A DNA stretch of 64,000 bases from Gemmatimonadales bacterium (GCA_041615815.1 JBFJCP010000014.1:1-64000); one strand, 5' to 3'; positions 31,757 through 42,292 are shown, numbered from the stretch's first letter. A program made the numbers and translations. Notes: generated by a model not told the origin, from the letters alone.

Positions 31757-33010
31757 TCAGCCCTTCTCGTCGGGAACGGCTCGCATTTGGTCCTGTTCGG
31801 CATGCAGCCGTGCCGTGAACCGCGCTGGCACGGATTGGGTCGAGGGAAGATAGACCGTCAGATAGTCCTCCGTCATCCCCTCGAACCGACCTCGCTGCCG
31901 GCCGAGCAGCACCACATCCGCTCGACCACCGTTGCGCACCACTCGATAGGCAGCCGCTTTGGCGCCGGCCATGGCGCGAAGCTCGGCCGCCCGACGGCTG
32001 GCGATGTCCCCCTCGACGGGCCGTCCGAGCCGCCGGGCCGCCGCGTCCGGGCGTTCGGAATAGGGGAAGACATGCAGGTAGGTGTACGGCAGTGCCTCCA
32101 CGAGATCGCAGGTGGCCTGGTGGTCGGTGCTCGTCTCGCCCGGGAAGCCGACGATGATGTCGGCCCCCAGCCCGAGATGAGGCAGTTCGCCCGCCAGCCA
32201 CTCGATGCGATCGCGGTAGGCGGCGGCGGTGTACCAATGGCGTCCCATGCGCTTGAGCACCCGGTCGCTGCCGGACTGGAGTGGCGCGTGCAGGTGTGGC
32301 GCCACCCGGTCGGGGCAGGCGATCATCAGCGCCGCGAGGCGCTGACAGACCTCGGTGGCTTCGACCGAGGACAACCGGAACCGGACGCGCGGGACCCGGG
32401 CTACCAATTGCTCGACCAGGCTCCCGAGGGTTGAACCGTCATCTCGGTCCGCGCCATACGAGCCGATGTGGACACCGGTGAGTACGAGTTCATCGTGCTC
32501 GTCGCTGAGGTACTCCGCCTCCCGCAGAATCGCTGCTTCCGAACGCGAACGGTTGCGACCGCGGGCTACCGTCGTTGCGCAGAAGGTGCAGTGCTCGTCG
32601 CATCCATCTTGGATCTTGAGCCACGCGCGGGCGCCGCGCCGGAACGCCTGCAGGACGTCGCTGACCCCGGAGGTGGGAAGGTTCAAGGCCTCGAGCACCG
32701 CGTGGGGATCGGCCCCCGTCACGACCCGAGTGACGCCCGGGAGCGCGGCGATCGATCCGTCGTCCACTGCCGCCGCGCATCCCATCACCACCGTCCGGCT
32801 CTCGCCGTTGGCCCGGGCGATGCGCCGGACCAGGTTACGCATCTTGGCTTCGCTGACGTGGGTCACGGTGCACGAATTCACAACCGCGCAGTCGGCGCGG
32901 GCGGGATCCTCCACCGGTTCGACGCCCACGGCCTCGAGGGCCTGGCGCACGACCTCGGTATCGTACTGGTTGGCCTTGCACCCGAAGGTGTGGAGATACA
33001 CGCGCCTCAC
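31757..33010 (-). CDS. mtaB: MtaB-type tRNA methylthiotransferase (radical SAM)
   Basis: TFGCKANQY, NSCTVT, KIQDGCDEHCTFC, HVFPYSER. Confidence 0.85.
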   Translation of the reverse strand: MRRVYLHTFGCKANQYDTEVVRQALEAVGVEPVEDPARADCAVVNSCTVTHVSEAKMRNLVRRIARANGESRTVVMGCAAAVDDGSIAALPGVTRVVTGADPHAVLEALNLPTSGVSDVLQAFRRGARAWLKIQDGCDEHCTFCATTVARGRNRSRSEAAILREAEYLSDEHDELVLTGVHIGSYGADRDDGSTLGSLVEQLVARVPRVRFRLSSVEATEVCQRLAALMIACPDRVAPHLHAPLQSGSDRVLKRMGRHWYTAAAYRDRIEWLAGELPHLGLGADIIVGFPGETSTDHQATCDLVEALPYTYLHVFPYSERPDAAARRLGRPVEGDIASRRAAELRAMAGAKAAAYRVVRNGGRADVVLLGRQRGRFEGMTEDYLTVYLPSTQSVPARFTARLHAEQDQMRAVPDEKG

Positions 33011-34143
33011 GGAATCAAGGACAGTCCGAGCGTCAGCTGCCACACGCGCTCCTGGGCACCGGCGCCGTCGCGCAGGATCCGCTCGAGGGTGGCTTCGATG
33101 AGCGCGCGATTGCTCGCAAAGGGATAGGCCGAGCCGACCGTCACGATCCACTCGTGGGGTTGGTCAGCATTGGGACTGAACGGCAGCTGGGCGTAGCGCA
33201 CCCCCAGGCGCAGGGGTATACGGGAGGCGCCGATATCCGGTCCGCCCAACTCGATGCCCGATCCAACCGCCCAGGTATCGAACGACCTCGTTCCTGCCAG
33301 ATCCACGTCGGACCAGTTGCGCCACGTTGCGGTCGCCGACCACCGTAGCGCACGTTGTGGGGCAACCGCCAAACCCACGGTCACCGAGATGGGCAGGTCG
33401 ACGCGGTCCGTCTCGACGGAGTCGATCGTGCGCTTCAGTCGGCCGTCACTGCGGAACGCCAGCCCGATACTGGCGCGCGGTACGAAGGTGTACAACAGCC
33501 CCACCGACAGCCCAGTGCCTTGAAAGGCGGCTTGCGTCGAGTCACGCAGGGCGACGAAGCTGGTGTCCGAGAACTCCCGAGTGGTGGCGAGCCGCGTCGA
33601 GCCAGTGAGGAAGTGGATGGCGCCGCCGACCTGGAGTTGCCGACTGATGCGCCACGCCAACGCCGCCCGGACATCCGACACCCCTCCGTCCGCCGAGATT
33701 CGATCCGCCACCTCCACCGTTTCACCGCGAAGCGTGATGGTGTCGATACTGGTGATGTCGAAGGTCCGGTCCAAATAGGGACCAAAGGATGCGCCGAAGG
33801 AGAGCGGGCTCCGACCGAGCCGACCCGCCACCTGGCCGAACAAGAATCTCGTCTGCCGAAGTCCGTCCACGGACGTGGCGCCGGTCGAGAAGCCGCGGAA
33901 CGACGACGTGGCCGTGGCTTCTACGGTGAGTCGCGGATAGAGACCGATCGTAGCCGGATTCACCGCCGAGCTGCCATCGAACGCAAGGAGGCCCCATCCC
34001 AAAGCCCGCGCGCGCGGTCCCACGGGTTGGCCGGGGAGACCCAGGCCCACGACGCCGTAGAGGGAGGCTTGCCCTGCCAGGGACGTGGGGACCGCAGCGA
34101 GCGTCGCCGCCATCACGGCGAGGACCGCAACACCGCCCCTCAC
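33007..34143 (-). CDS. Outer-membrane beta-barrel protein (FadL/PorV-like)
   Basis: Signal peptide, GPRARALG...NPA N-terminal plug motif, alternating beta-strands. Confidence 0.65.
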   Translation of the reverse strand: MRGGVAVLAVMAATLAAVPTSLAGQASLYGVVGLGLPGQPVGPRARALGWGLLAFDGSSAVNPATIGLYPRLTVEATATSSFRGFSTGATSVDGLRQTRFLFGQVAGRLGRSPLSFGASFGPYLDRTFDITSIDTITLRGETVEVADRISADGGVSDVRAALAWRISRQLQVGGAIHFLTGSTRLATTREFSDTSFVALRDSTQAAFQGTGLSVGLLYTFVPRASIGLAFRSDGRLKRTIDSVETDRVDLPISVTVGLAVAPQRALRWSATATWRNWSDVDLAGTRSFDTWAVGSGIELGGPDIGASRIPLRLGVRYAQLPFSPNADQPHEWIVTVGSAYPFASNRALIEATLERILRDGAGAQERVWQLTLGLSLIP

Positions 34144-35330
34144 GGGAGAATCAACGGGACAAAGGTGAGCTGAAGGGCTGGGGGATTCCCACCGCGACTC
34201 GAACCGAAGCGCAGCTCGCCGAGTCCCGACCCTTCCGGCGACACCCGAATGGCGAACGACCGTGGCGCGTCAGGGTCGGTGCGCCACGGTTGCACGATGT
34301 GGGTGATGTCGACGCGAACAGTGTCCGACGTTCCCACCGCGACCCGGGTCGACCCAATGTCGGTGAGGAGCGGCACGATGGGGGACTTGGGACCGAAGTC
34401 GGCCGCCAGGATCTCGGCACGAAGGGAGAACGTATCGCGCGGCGCGCCGAGGGCCGGCTCGGACGGAACCAGGATCAGCGTGGCCCGTACGATTTCGGTG
34501 GAGTCGATGATCGAGGACGGCAGATCCACGCGAAGGATGGACCGAGCGGACGGCACCCCGCCGGCGAACAAGACATCCGCAGGCGGCGCCGTCAGACCCG
34601 TGAACACGAAACTATTGAAGACCGGCTGTTTGGCATCTTGGCGGGCGAGTGTATCCGCCCCGGCCGAATCGACCTGGACGAACCGCGTGAGGATGGGTGG
34701 GCTACTCGCCGCCAGCGTCCCGAGGTTGACGAAGCCACTGGCGGGAGCTTCCAGGGCGATCCCGATGGCGACCTCCCGCTCGTCCATCTCGAATGCCGGG
34801 AACGCATCGCTCGGCAGCACGATCTGCATCGCGCCTTGGTTTTCCAGGGTGTCCGGGATCTCGGCAGTGACGATCCGTGTGCTATCGTCGAAGAATGGGT
34901 CCAGTTCGGCGAACGTGGTCGCCGAGTCCACCGTGCGCGGGATCCGGTGGAGCGCGAGCTGGACACCCGCGGAGTCGGACCGACGGGCGATGATCAGCTG
35001 GACCCGAAACGAATCCACCGCCACGATCTCGCTGCCGATCGTATCGCCGGTCACCAACACGATTCGCTCGCTGAACGGACTGAAGCGGACAATGGCCCGA
35101 CTCAGCAGTCCCTGGCCGTCCGCCGCGGCTTGCAGCACGCGCGCCCGATGGGGACTCACGTATCCCCGAAACGCGCTGTCTCGGGCAATGCTCCCCTCGA
35201 TCACCGTGTCGACCACGGTGATGAGAGTCGATGGGCAGAAGTCAGGACAACTGCCGGGCGCCGTGAGACGCTCCTGACATCCCCAGATCGCGAGCAGGGC
35301 CAGACTATGCCAGGCGAGTCGTCGTCCCAT
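34140..35330 (-). CDS. Hypothetical lipoprotein
   Basis: Lipobox LAIWGC, CPDFCP motif; its stop overlaps the start of the OMP gene. Confidence 0.7.
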   Translation of the reverse strand: MGRRLAWHSLALLAIWGCQERLTAPGSCPDFCPSTLITVVDTVIEGSIARDSAFRGYVSPHRARVLQAAADGQGLLSRAIVRFSPFSERIVLVTGDTIGSEIVAVDSFRVQLIIARRSDSAGVQLALHRIPRTVDSATTFAELDPFFDDSTRIVTAEIPDTLENQGAMQIVLPSDAFPAFEMDEREVAIGIALEAPASGFVNLGTLAASSPPILTRFVQVDSAGADTLARQDAKQPVFNSFVFTGLTAPPADVLFAGGVPSARSILRVDLPSSIIDSTEIVRATLILVPSEPALGAPRDTFSLRAEILAADFGPKSPIVPLLTDIGSTRVAVGTSDTVRVDITHIVQPWRTDPDAPRSFAIRVSPEGSGLGELRFGSSRGGNPPALQLTFVPLILP

Positions 35331-35592
35331 GGGCCTCGAACGAGTCCAAGATGGCCATGATCACCGCGTCAACCGGCCGGTCGCGCGTCAGCGTGGTCTG
35401 CCGTGCCGAGGAGCCGGAGGCATACAGCACCACTTCCTGGGCCCCTGCCCCGACGGCGTCGACGGCAATCACATACCCGCCGTCGGGCTCGAGATCGGGA
35501 TTCAAGTTTTCGACCACGAGGAACTTGACTCCCTCGAGGGATGGATCCTTGCGTGTCGCAACGACGGTCCCAACGACTCTGCCCATCCTCAT
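35305..35592 (-). CDS. Bacterial microcompartment vertex (pentamer) protein, EutN/CcmL family
   Basis: [18 protein letters not shown]...AVDAVGAG...GSSAR...[11 protein letters not shown]. Confidence 0.93.
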   Translation of the reverse strand: MRMGRVVGTVVATRKDPSLEGVKFLVVENLNPDLEPDGGYVIAVDAVGAGAQEVVLYASGSSARQTTLTRDRPVDAVIMAILDSFEAHGTTTRLA

Positions 35593-35978
35593 GTGGCGAG
35601 ATCCTCCCGGCCGAAGCTGTCCGGCAGTAGGTCACCCAACCGCCAGCGCTGCGCGCCGTCTGGTCCAATCGATTCGACCATTAGGTCTTCTCCGAATTCG
35701 GCCAGCACCTGACGGCAGGCACCGCAGGGGGCCACGGGACCCGCGCGCTCCGTCGTCACGACGAGCCGCATGAACCGTCGGGCGCCAGCGGTCGTGGCAG
35801 CGCCCACCGCCACCCGTTCCGCACAATTGGTCAATCCGTAGGACGCATTCTCCACGTTGGAGCCGTGAAAGATGCGGCCGTCCTCCGTCTCCAGGGCCGC
35901 CCCAACGCGGTACCCGCTGTACGGGGCATACGCGTTCTCCATCGCGGCCCGGGCCGCCCGAATCAGTGGATCATCCAT
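35589..35978 (-). CDS. cdd: Cytidine deaminase
   Basis: [28 protein letters not shown]. Confidence 0.95.
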   Translation of the reverse strand: MDDPLIRAARAAMENAYAPYSGYRVGAALETEDGRIFHGSNVENASYGLTNCAERVAVGAATTAGARRFMRLVVTTERAGPVAPCGACRQVLAEFGEDLMVESIGPDGAQRWRLGDLLPDSFGREDLAT

Positions 35979-37141
35979 GGCGCCACGCTCGGCAGAAACG
36001 AGGTCCCCACGTCCAGCGACGTTCCAAAGAATTCCGCGACGGTGGCGCCGATATCGGCAAACGTCGCGCGCGTCCCCAGGGCGACCGCCGGCACCCCCGG
36101 CCCCACCACGAGCACGGGCACCGCTTCTCGCGAGTGATCCGTGGACGGCGTGGTGGGATCGTTGCCGTGGTCGGCGGTGAGGATCATCAGATCCCCTTCG
36201 CGGAGCAACCCCACCAGCCGCGGCAACTCGCGGTCCAGTTCGGCTAGCCCCCTGTAGAACCCCGGTGGGTCGTTGCGGTGCCCCCACGTTTGGTCAAACT
36301 CGATCACGTTCACGAAGAGGAGCCCCTCCGTCATAGTCTCAAGCGCCTCCGCGATCAGCGCATACGCGTCCTGGTTGGTGGGTGTATGCGTACTCGTGAT
36401 GTTCCGGGCCGCAAAGAGATCGTCGACCTTGCCGACACCCACGCGTGGGATCCCCGCGCTCGCCAGCCGGTCCAGGAGGTTGTCCCGTGGTGGCTCCAGC
36501 GAGAAATCGCGGCGGTGGGGCGTTCGGCGAAACGCACCCGGCTCGCCCACAAACGGACGCGCGATCACTCGTGAAACGGCATCATCGCCGGTCAGAATCT
36601 CATCCCGTGCCGTTTGGCACGCCGCGTACAGCTCCTCCAGCGGCACGATGTCTTCATGCGCCGCCACCTGAAAGACGCTGTCGGCCGAGGTGTAGACGAT
36701 CCAGTCCCCACGGTCCAGATGCTCCCGGCCAAACTCTTCGATGATCACGGTGCCGGAGGCCGCCTTGTTTCCCACGACACCCCGGCCGGTCCGATCCGCA
36801 AACGCCGCGATCACCCTGTGCGGGAACCCCACGGGGTACGTGGGAAACGGTACACGGAGGAGGACCCCGCACAGTTCCCAATGGCCGGTGGTGCTGTCCT
36901 TCCCCGGCGACTTGGGGATGGCGATGCCGTGCGCGGCGCGCGGATCGTCACACGCCATTCCCTTGAGGGGGCGACAGCACCCGAGACCGAGCGACTCAAG
37001 ATAGGGCAGCTCGAAGCCTCCCACGGCATCGGCGACGTTGCCGAGCGTGTTACTGCCGTCGTCACCGAACGCCGCCGTGTCCGGCGCGGTGCCGATGCCA
37101 AGCCCGTCCAATACGATGAGGGCGCAGCGTCCGCGCGTCAC
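35963..37141 (-). CDS. deoB: Phosphopentomutase
   Basis: [39 protein letters not shown]. Confidence 0.95.
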   Translation of the reverse strand: MTRGRCALIVLDGLGIGTAPDTAAFGDDGSNTLGNVADAVGGFELPYLESLGLGCCRPLKGMACDDPRAAHGIAIPKSPGKDSTTGHWELCGVLLRVPFPTYPVGFPHRVIAAFADRTGRGVVGNKAASGTVIIEEFGREHLDRGDWIVYTSADSVFQVAAHEDIVPLEELYAACQTARDEILTGDDAVSRVIARPFVGEPGAFRRTPHRRDFSLEPPRDNLLDRLASAGIPRVGVGKVDDLFAARNITSTHTPTNQDAYALIAEALETMTEGLLFVNVIEFDQTWGHRNDPPGFYRGLAELDRELPRLVGLLREGDLMILTADHGNDPTTPSTDHSREAVPVLVVGPGVPAVALGTRATFADIGATVAEFFGTSLDVGTSFLPSVAPWMIH

Positions 37142-38208
37142 GCCGTGATGTACTCGCGGGGGAGTCGTGCGCCGAGCCGGGACAGAATCTCGTAGGAGAT
37201 GGTTCCGGCCCATCCGGCGAATTCATCCAGGGTGATTTCCACGGTTCCATCAGTGCCGATCAGGGTCGCCGCGTCCCCCACACGCACCTGGGTCTCCTCG
37301 TTTTCCAGATCGACCACGATGAAATCCATGGTCACGCGTCCCACCACTGGGCGCCGACAGCCTCCGACCAGCACTTGGGCACGGCGTTGCACGGACCGTG
37401 GGACCCCGTCGGCGTATCCGATCCCGAGCGTGGCCACCGTGGTCGGACGTGGCGCCGACCACTCCCCGCCATAACTGACGGTGGCGCCTGCCGGTAGCCG
37501 GCGGAGGCTGACCACGGTGGCACGCACCGCGGCCACGGGCAGCGGTGCTGGCAAGTCCGGCCCCGCGCGTCCACCGTAGAGAAAGATACCGGGACGCGCC
37601 AAGTCGAGACGCTCATCCAGGCGAAACGCGCCGGCGCTGTTGGCCGCGTGGACCAGGGCGGGTCGACGACCCAAATGCGCCACGGCCTCCTCGAACCGTG
37701 TCCACTGCTCCCGCACGGTCTCGGGCCGGGTATCGGCGGCGTAGAAATGAGTGAACGCACCCTCGAGATGGGGGGTGGCACAGGCGGCAATGGCCTCCGC
37801 GTCGTCCCAGCGGATTCCGCACCGTCCCATGCCGGTGTCGATCTCTAGATGAAACGGACCGTCCCACGCCGCTGCCACGGTGGGATCGTCCAACACCGCT
37901 CGGAGGTCGTGCCGGGCAAAGGCTGTCCGTTCAGCGAGACGTGCCGGCGTAAAAACGAGAATGGGCCGGCGAATGCCGGCCTCGCGGAGTTCGGCGCCTT
38001 CGGAAACCGTAGCGACTCCCAGCCCCCACGGCTCCAATTCCTCGAGCGTCCGCACCACGGGCACCGCCCCGAGCCCGTATCCATCGGCCTTGACCATGGG
38101 CAAGAGCCGCGCGCCCCCCGCCGCCGCCTGCACGGTGTGCGCGTTGGCGCGCAGGTTGGCCAAGTGGACCTCCACCCACGCTCTACTGGTCTCGCGGAGC
38201 GTTGACAC
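37138..38208 (-). CDS. alr: Alanine racemase
   Basis: MVKADGYGLG (PLP Lys), IDTGMGRCG, GYADG, GRVTMD. Confidence 0.95.
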   Translation of the reverse strand: MSTLRETSRAWVEVHLANLRANAHTVQAAAGGARLLPMVKADGYGLGAVPVVRTLEELEPWGLGVATVSEGAELREAGIRRPILVFTPARLAERTAFARHDLRAVLDDPTVAAAWDGPFHLEIDTGMGRCGIRWDDAEAIAACATPHLEGAFTHFYAADTRPETVREQWTRFEEAVAHLGRRPALVHAANSAGAFRLDERLDLARPGIFLYGGRAGPDLPAPLPVAAVRATVVSLRRLPAGATVSYGGEWSAPRPTTVATLGIGYADGVPRSVQRRAQVLVGGCRRPVVGRVTMDFIVVDLENEETQVRVGDAATLIGTDGTVEITLDEFAGWAGTISYEILSRLGARLPREYITA

Positions 38209-38255
38209 AGTCACAAGGAACCCGGTATTGTACCGGCGCCGTGACGCAAATGCAA
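38202..38255. promoter_or_regulatory. Putative bidirectional sigma70 promoter (alr/mazG)
   Basis: Plus strand TTGACA-18-TATTGT; minus strand TTGCAT-17-TACAAT; the two -10 boxes overlap. Confidence 0.5.
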
Positions 38256-39059
38256 GAACCATCGGCGCTTGGACGCATCGTCAAACTCGTGCGCGACCTC
38301 CGGAATCGTTGCCCGTGGGATGCCGCACAGACGCCGGCGACGCTCCGACCCTATCTGGTCGAGGAGGCACTCGAGCTGGATCGGGCCCTTGCCTCCGGGG
38401 ACGCTCGCGCCATCCGGGACGAGTTGGGGGACGTCTTGCTCCACGTCGCCTTCCAGATCGTGCTGGGGGAAGAGATGGGCGCGTTTGGCGCGGAGGACGT
38501 CACCCGCGCCGTCGAGAGCAAGATGCACCGCCGTCATCCACATCTGTATGGAGAGCGGGGGGCGCAGAGCGAGGACCGGGTCGTGGAAAACACGGAGCGA
38601 CACCGTGGGCCCGGCGAGACTGCCGAAGCGCGGTGGGAGCGGTCCAAGGCCGACGAAGGCGAGGGCTCCAGCGTCCTCGACGGCCTTCCACCCAACCTCC
38701 CCGCCCTCATCATGGCGTTCCGGCTGCAGGAGCGGGCTGCGGGGGTGGGGTTCGATTGGCCCGACGCGGCCGGACCGCTGCACAAAGTTCGCGAGGAGCT
38801 ACACGAGCTCGAGCGCGAGATCGCTGCCGGTGCGGCATCACGAATCGACGATGAGCTCGGCGATCTGCTGTTCTCCGTGGTGAACCTCGCTCGCAAATTG
38901 GGTTGCGATGGACGAGCCGCTCTCGAACGCGCCAACCAACGCTTTCGCGATCGCTTTGCCCAGGTCGAGCGCTTGGCAGCAGAAAGGGGAATCGACGTCC
39001 ATCGCGCCGGGCTCGAGGTATTGGATGGGCTGTGGGAAGAAACAAAGAGTGAGGCGTGA
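38250..39059 (+). CDS. mazG: Nucleoside triphosphate pyrophosphohydrolase MazG
   Basis: CPWDAAQT, DELGDVL, RRHPH, GFDW, DELGDLLF (tandem MazG domains). Confidence 0.93.
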   Translation: MQEPSALGRIVKLVRDLRNRCPWDAAQTPATLRPYLVEEALELDRALASGDARAIRDELGDVLLHVAFQIVLGEEMGAFGAEDVTRAVESKMHRRHPHLYGERGAQSEDRVVENTERHRGPGETAEARWERSKADEGEGSSVLDGLPPNLPALIMAFRLQERAAGVGFDWPDAAGPLHKVREELHELEREIAAGAASRIDDELGDLLFSVVNLARKLGCDGRAALERANQRFRDRFAQVERLAAERGIDVHRAGLEVLDGLWEETKSEA

Positions 39060-39193
39060 GACGGCGGGAAGGCAGAGGGCCGAGGGCAGTGACCGAATGC
39101 TCCGTGGCCATCGCCGCGTGCTGGGTCGATTCCACAACGCACCTTCGCGCGTCATTCTGCTACGGTATTCGCTACTCTGCTATCGCGACTCTC

Positions 39194-40492
39194 TTACGGA
39201 TACAGTTTGTACATCATCCGGGGGAAGGCGATCGTCTCCCGAATGTGGGGAATGCCGCAGATCCATGCCACGGTTCGTTCGACGCCGAGCCCGAACCCTG
39301 AGTGCACGAACGTCCCGTATCGTCTCAGGTCCAGATACCACTGGTAGGGCTCCTCCGGGAGGCCGAACTCCCGGATCCGTGTTTGCAGGCGGTCATGATC
39401 GTCCTCCCGTTGACTGCCGCCGATGATCTCGCCGTAGCCTTCCGGGGCTAGACAGTCGTTGTTCAGCACGGTGCGTGGGTCGTCGGGATTTTCCTTCATG
39501 TAGAAGGCCTTCACGTCCCGAGGATAGTTATAGACAAAGACGGGACGATCGAACGCCTTGGCTAGCATCGTCTCGTCGTCGCCCCCCAGGTCTTTTCCCC
39601 ATCGCGTATCCGCGCCCAGCGATTCGAGCTTCGCAATGGCCTCGGTGTACGAGATACGCGGAAACGGTGGAGTGACGCGTTCGAGCGGCGTCGTATCCCG
39701 CTCCAGGATCGCGAGCTCTGCCGCTCGACGGTCGAGCGCGCGCCCGACCACATACGAGACGAACTCCTCCTGAAGACGCATATTGTCGTCAGAGTCGAGC
39801 CAGGCGACCTCGGGTTCCACCATCCAGAACTCGCTCAAATGGCGGCGCGTCTTGGATTTTTCGGCACGGAAGGTGGGCCCAAAACAGTAGACCCGCCCCA
39901 GAGCGGCCGCCGCGGCTTCCAGGTAGAGTTGTCCGGTTTGGGCGAGGTACGCCTTGCCGAGATCGAAGTATTCGGTCTCGAACAGCGTGCCTGCCGATTC
40001 GCCGATGGCGCCCGTGAGGAGCGGAGTGTCGACCAGCACGAAATCGCGCTCGTAGAAGAAATCGCGAATGGCCTGCACCACCTCATGACGAATGCGCATA
40101 ATCGCCGTCTGCCGCGAGCTGCGCAGCCAGAGGTGCCGGTGCTCGAACAGGAAGGCGGTACCGTGTTCTTTGGGCGAGATGGGAAAGTCCACGCTGGGGC
40201 CCAGGAGCTCGATCTCCGTGACGCCCAACTCGACGCCTCCCGGCGAGCGAGGATCGTCTCGCACTTGCCCGCGCACCAGCACCGAGCACTCGTGCGTGAG
40301 TCCACGGAACGCATCCCACACCTGAGGGGAGACTTCTTTCTTCGCCAGCACCCCTTGTACGGTCCCGCTCCCGTCTCGCAACACGAGGAATGCGATCTTT
40401 CCACTCGACCTCGTGGTGGCCACCCAGCCTCGTACGGTGACCTCGCTTCCCACATGAGCGGGAAGTTCGCTGATGCGCGCTCCGTCTTTCAT
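39194..40492 (-). CDS. asnS: Asparagine--tRNA ligase
   Basis: RHLWLRS, YLAQTGQLY, FRAEKSKTRRHLSEFWMVE, GFGLGVER. Confidence 0.95.
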   Translation of the reverse strand: MKDGARISELPAHVGSEVTVRGWVATTRSSGKIAFLVLRDGSGTVQGVLAKKEVSPQVWDAFRGLTHECSVLVRGQVRDDPRSPGGVELGVTEIELLGPSVDFPISPKEHGTAFLFEHRHLWLRSSRQTAIMRIRHEVVQAIRDFFYERDFVLVDTPLLTGAIGESAGTLFETEYFDLGKAYLAQTGQLYLEAAAAALGRVYCFGPTFRAEKSKTRRHLSEFWMVEPEVAWLDSDDNMRLQEEFVSYVVGRALDRRAAELAILERDTTPLERVTPPFPRISYTEAIAKLESLGADTRWGKDLGGDDETMLAKAFDRPVFVYNYPRDVKAFYMKENPDDPRTVLNNDCLAPEGYGEIIGGSQREDDHDRLQTRIREFGLPEEPYQWYLDLRRYGTFVHSGFGLGVERTVAWICGIPHIRETIAFPRMMYKLYP

Positions 40493-41599
40493 TGGGCGGG
40501 AATCGTAGCGGCGGCCGTTTTGGGTGTCAACGCGGTTGGCTGCGCCGCCGGGGTCACCGCTGCACCGGAGCAGGACGCCGGTCACTGGGTCACATACCTC
40601 GGGGCGCCGTCGCGCGCTCCGTCCGCAAATGAGACGATAGCCCGAGAGCCACGCCTGGTGTGGACGGTGCGAACGGGCAAAGCGCCCGCTGGCGCGCTCG
40701 CGCTCGGCGACAGCGTGGTCGTGGTACAGTCTTCCGATCGACACCTCATGGTGTACCGGCGGGAGACTGGCCAACGAGTGTGGCGCCGGAAGCTCCACGG
40801 TCGCGGTGCCACGGGTCCGTTGGTCGTCGAGGGGCGAGTATACGGCGCGAGCGGTGACGAACGAGGGCGCGTGCATGCGTACGCGCTGCGCTCGGGCGAG
40901 CGGATCTGGTCACGGGAGATGGGACCGATCGTGGATCCCATGGCCGTCTATGGAGCGAACCTGTACGCGGCCACGCGCACGGGCGATGTGGTTGCCTTGT
41001 CCCGCTCAGGCGGCGACGTGGTCTGGCAACGGCGGGTGAGTACCCGCCTCTCGGTGGGTGTGACCGCGCTGGGCCCGTACGTCCTGGTGGCCGCGGAGGA
41101 CTCACTCCATCTCCTTCGGCGCGAGCGGGGACAGCCGGTGGTCAGCAGGGCAACACCCGGCACCGCGATCGCGGCGCCAGCGGTGGCGGGCGATACCCTG
41201 ATCTTCGCGTCGCCCATGGGATTCGTCACTGGCCTGGACGTCCACTCGCTTCGAACCCTGTGGCAGGTCGACGTACAGGACCCGGTCTATGGCAGCCCCA
41301 CCGTGGCCAGGGACACGGTGTTCGCGGTCACGGCCCGTGGGACGCTGTGGGCCATACCCGTCCGGCGTCCCCTGGAAGGGCAGGCGCTCGAACTCACGTC
41401 ACCCGTGCGGGCACCGCCTGCGCCGGTGACCGCTGGCGTGCTCGTCGTCACATTACGCGGAGAGATCATGCACGTCGTGGAGAGTAACATTCCCAAGTGG
41501 CGAACACGCGTCGAAGCACCGGTGGAACAAGCACCGGTGGTGGACGGCAGCATGCTGTTCGTGGTGGACGGGCGTGGGGAGATGCACGCATGGCGGTGA
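40454..41599 (+). CDS. PQQ-like / BamB-like beta-propeller lipoprotein (start uncertain)
   Basis: Lipobox-like AVGC; repeated TGxxxW / SGxxxW Trp-docking motifs. Confidence 0.75.
   Translation: MSGKFADARSVFHWAGIVAAAVLGVNAVGCAAGVTAAPEQDAGHWVTYLGAPSRAPSANETIAREPRLVWTVRTGKAPAGALALGDSVVVVQSSDRHLMVYRRETGQRVWRRKLHGRGATGPLVVEGRVYGASGDERGRVHAYALRSGERIWSREMGPIVDPMAVYGANLYAATRTGDVVALSRSGGDVVWQRRVSTRLSVGVTALGPYVLVAAEDSLHLLRRERGQPVVSRATPGTAIAAPAVAGDTLIFASPMGFVTGLDVHSLRTLWQVDVQDPVYGSPTVARDTVFAVTARGTLWAIPVRRPLEGQALELTSPVRAPPAPVTAGVLVVTLRGEIMHVVESNIPKWRTRVEAPVEQAPVVDGSMLFVVDGRGEMHAWR
40502..40530 (-). promoter_or_regulatory. Putative sigma70 promoter of asnS
   Basis: TTGACA-17 nt-TACGAT ending about 10 nt before the asnS ATG. 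Confidence 0.6.
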
Positions 41600-42144
41600 A
41601 TCAGGAGGATCGCGGAGCGGGGGGCGGGAAGGCGCAGCGCCGGAAACCGATCCCTGGAAAATGGATGGTGGTCCTCGCAGGCGTGTTCCTCACACCGCCG
41701 ACGGCGGCGGCACAGGAAGCGGTCCCTGCTGTGCGATCGCGGCCGTGGCTCGTCACAGCGGCGCACTACGGCCGATGGGGCGCCCTCGCCAGCGCGGCAG
41801 GGCTCATCGCGTTTTCCGTAGTGCGGCGGGGCGACGCCCAGGAGGCCTTGGACCGGTTGGAGACGTTCTGCCTGGCCGATGTCACCCGCTGTGCATTGGT
41901 CTCCGGTTCTGGCGGCGAGGAACGCTACATCGACGGGCTCGCTGAGGATTTATTCCGCCAACATGTCCGGCGGGATCGCCAGGCACAGGGGTTGTTGATC
42001 GGCGGACAGGCGGCTCTACTCGTAACTGGTGGACTCTTTTTGATCGATCTGCTCTGGGACGACGAGCGGCCAGCCAACATTCCCTACACGCCGTTCGACG
42101 TGCACGCCGGCGTTGGGTGGGTCGGATTGGCGATCCCGTTCTGA
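41590..42144 (+). CDS. Hypothetical membrane protein
   Basis: Overlaps the upstream stop; signal-like segment, two hydrophobic helices, Cys pair, C-terminal Phe. Confidence 0.65.
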   Translation: MAVNQEDRGAGGGKAQRRKPIPGKWMVVLAGVFLTPPTAAAQEAVPAVRSRPWLVTAAHYGRWGALASAAGLIAFSVVRRGDAQEALDRLETFCLADVTRCALVSGSGGEERYIDGLAEDLFRQHVRRDRQAQGLLIGGQAALLVTGGLFLIDLLWDDERPANIPYTPFDVHAGVGWVGLAIPF

Positions 42145-42195
42145 GCGCCGACTCCAAGCAGACCTCGCCTGCGTACCGGTACAGCACGGCGTGGA

Positions 42196-42224
42196 TTGCC
42201 ACGACCGAACGGGTTTTCTAGGAT
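42196..42224 (+). promoter_or_regulatory. Putative sigma70 promoter
   Basis: TTGCCA-17 nt-TAGGAT upstream of the pterin dehydratase gene. Confidence 0.45.
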
Positions 42225-42292
42225 TCACTGGGAACGGGATGTAGAAGAGCGCGTGCGACACCAATCGATGCCGAGGGGGAGATCGAGAATCC

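Noticed and set aside
30436..33010. Two tandem radical SAM genes as possible RiPP maturases
   Set aside because: Both have the UPF0004 + radical SAM methylthiotransferase architecture (MiaB/MtaB), no SPASM or RRE features, and lie >11 kb from the peptide.
38250..39059. mazG as part of a toxin-antitoxin or anti-phage system
   Set aside because: It is the standard tandem-domain housekeeping form with no mazEF or defence genes adjacent.
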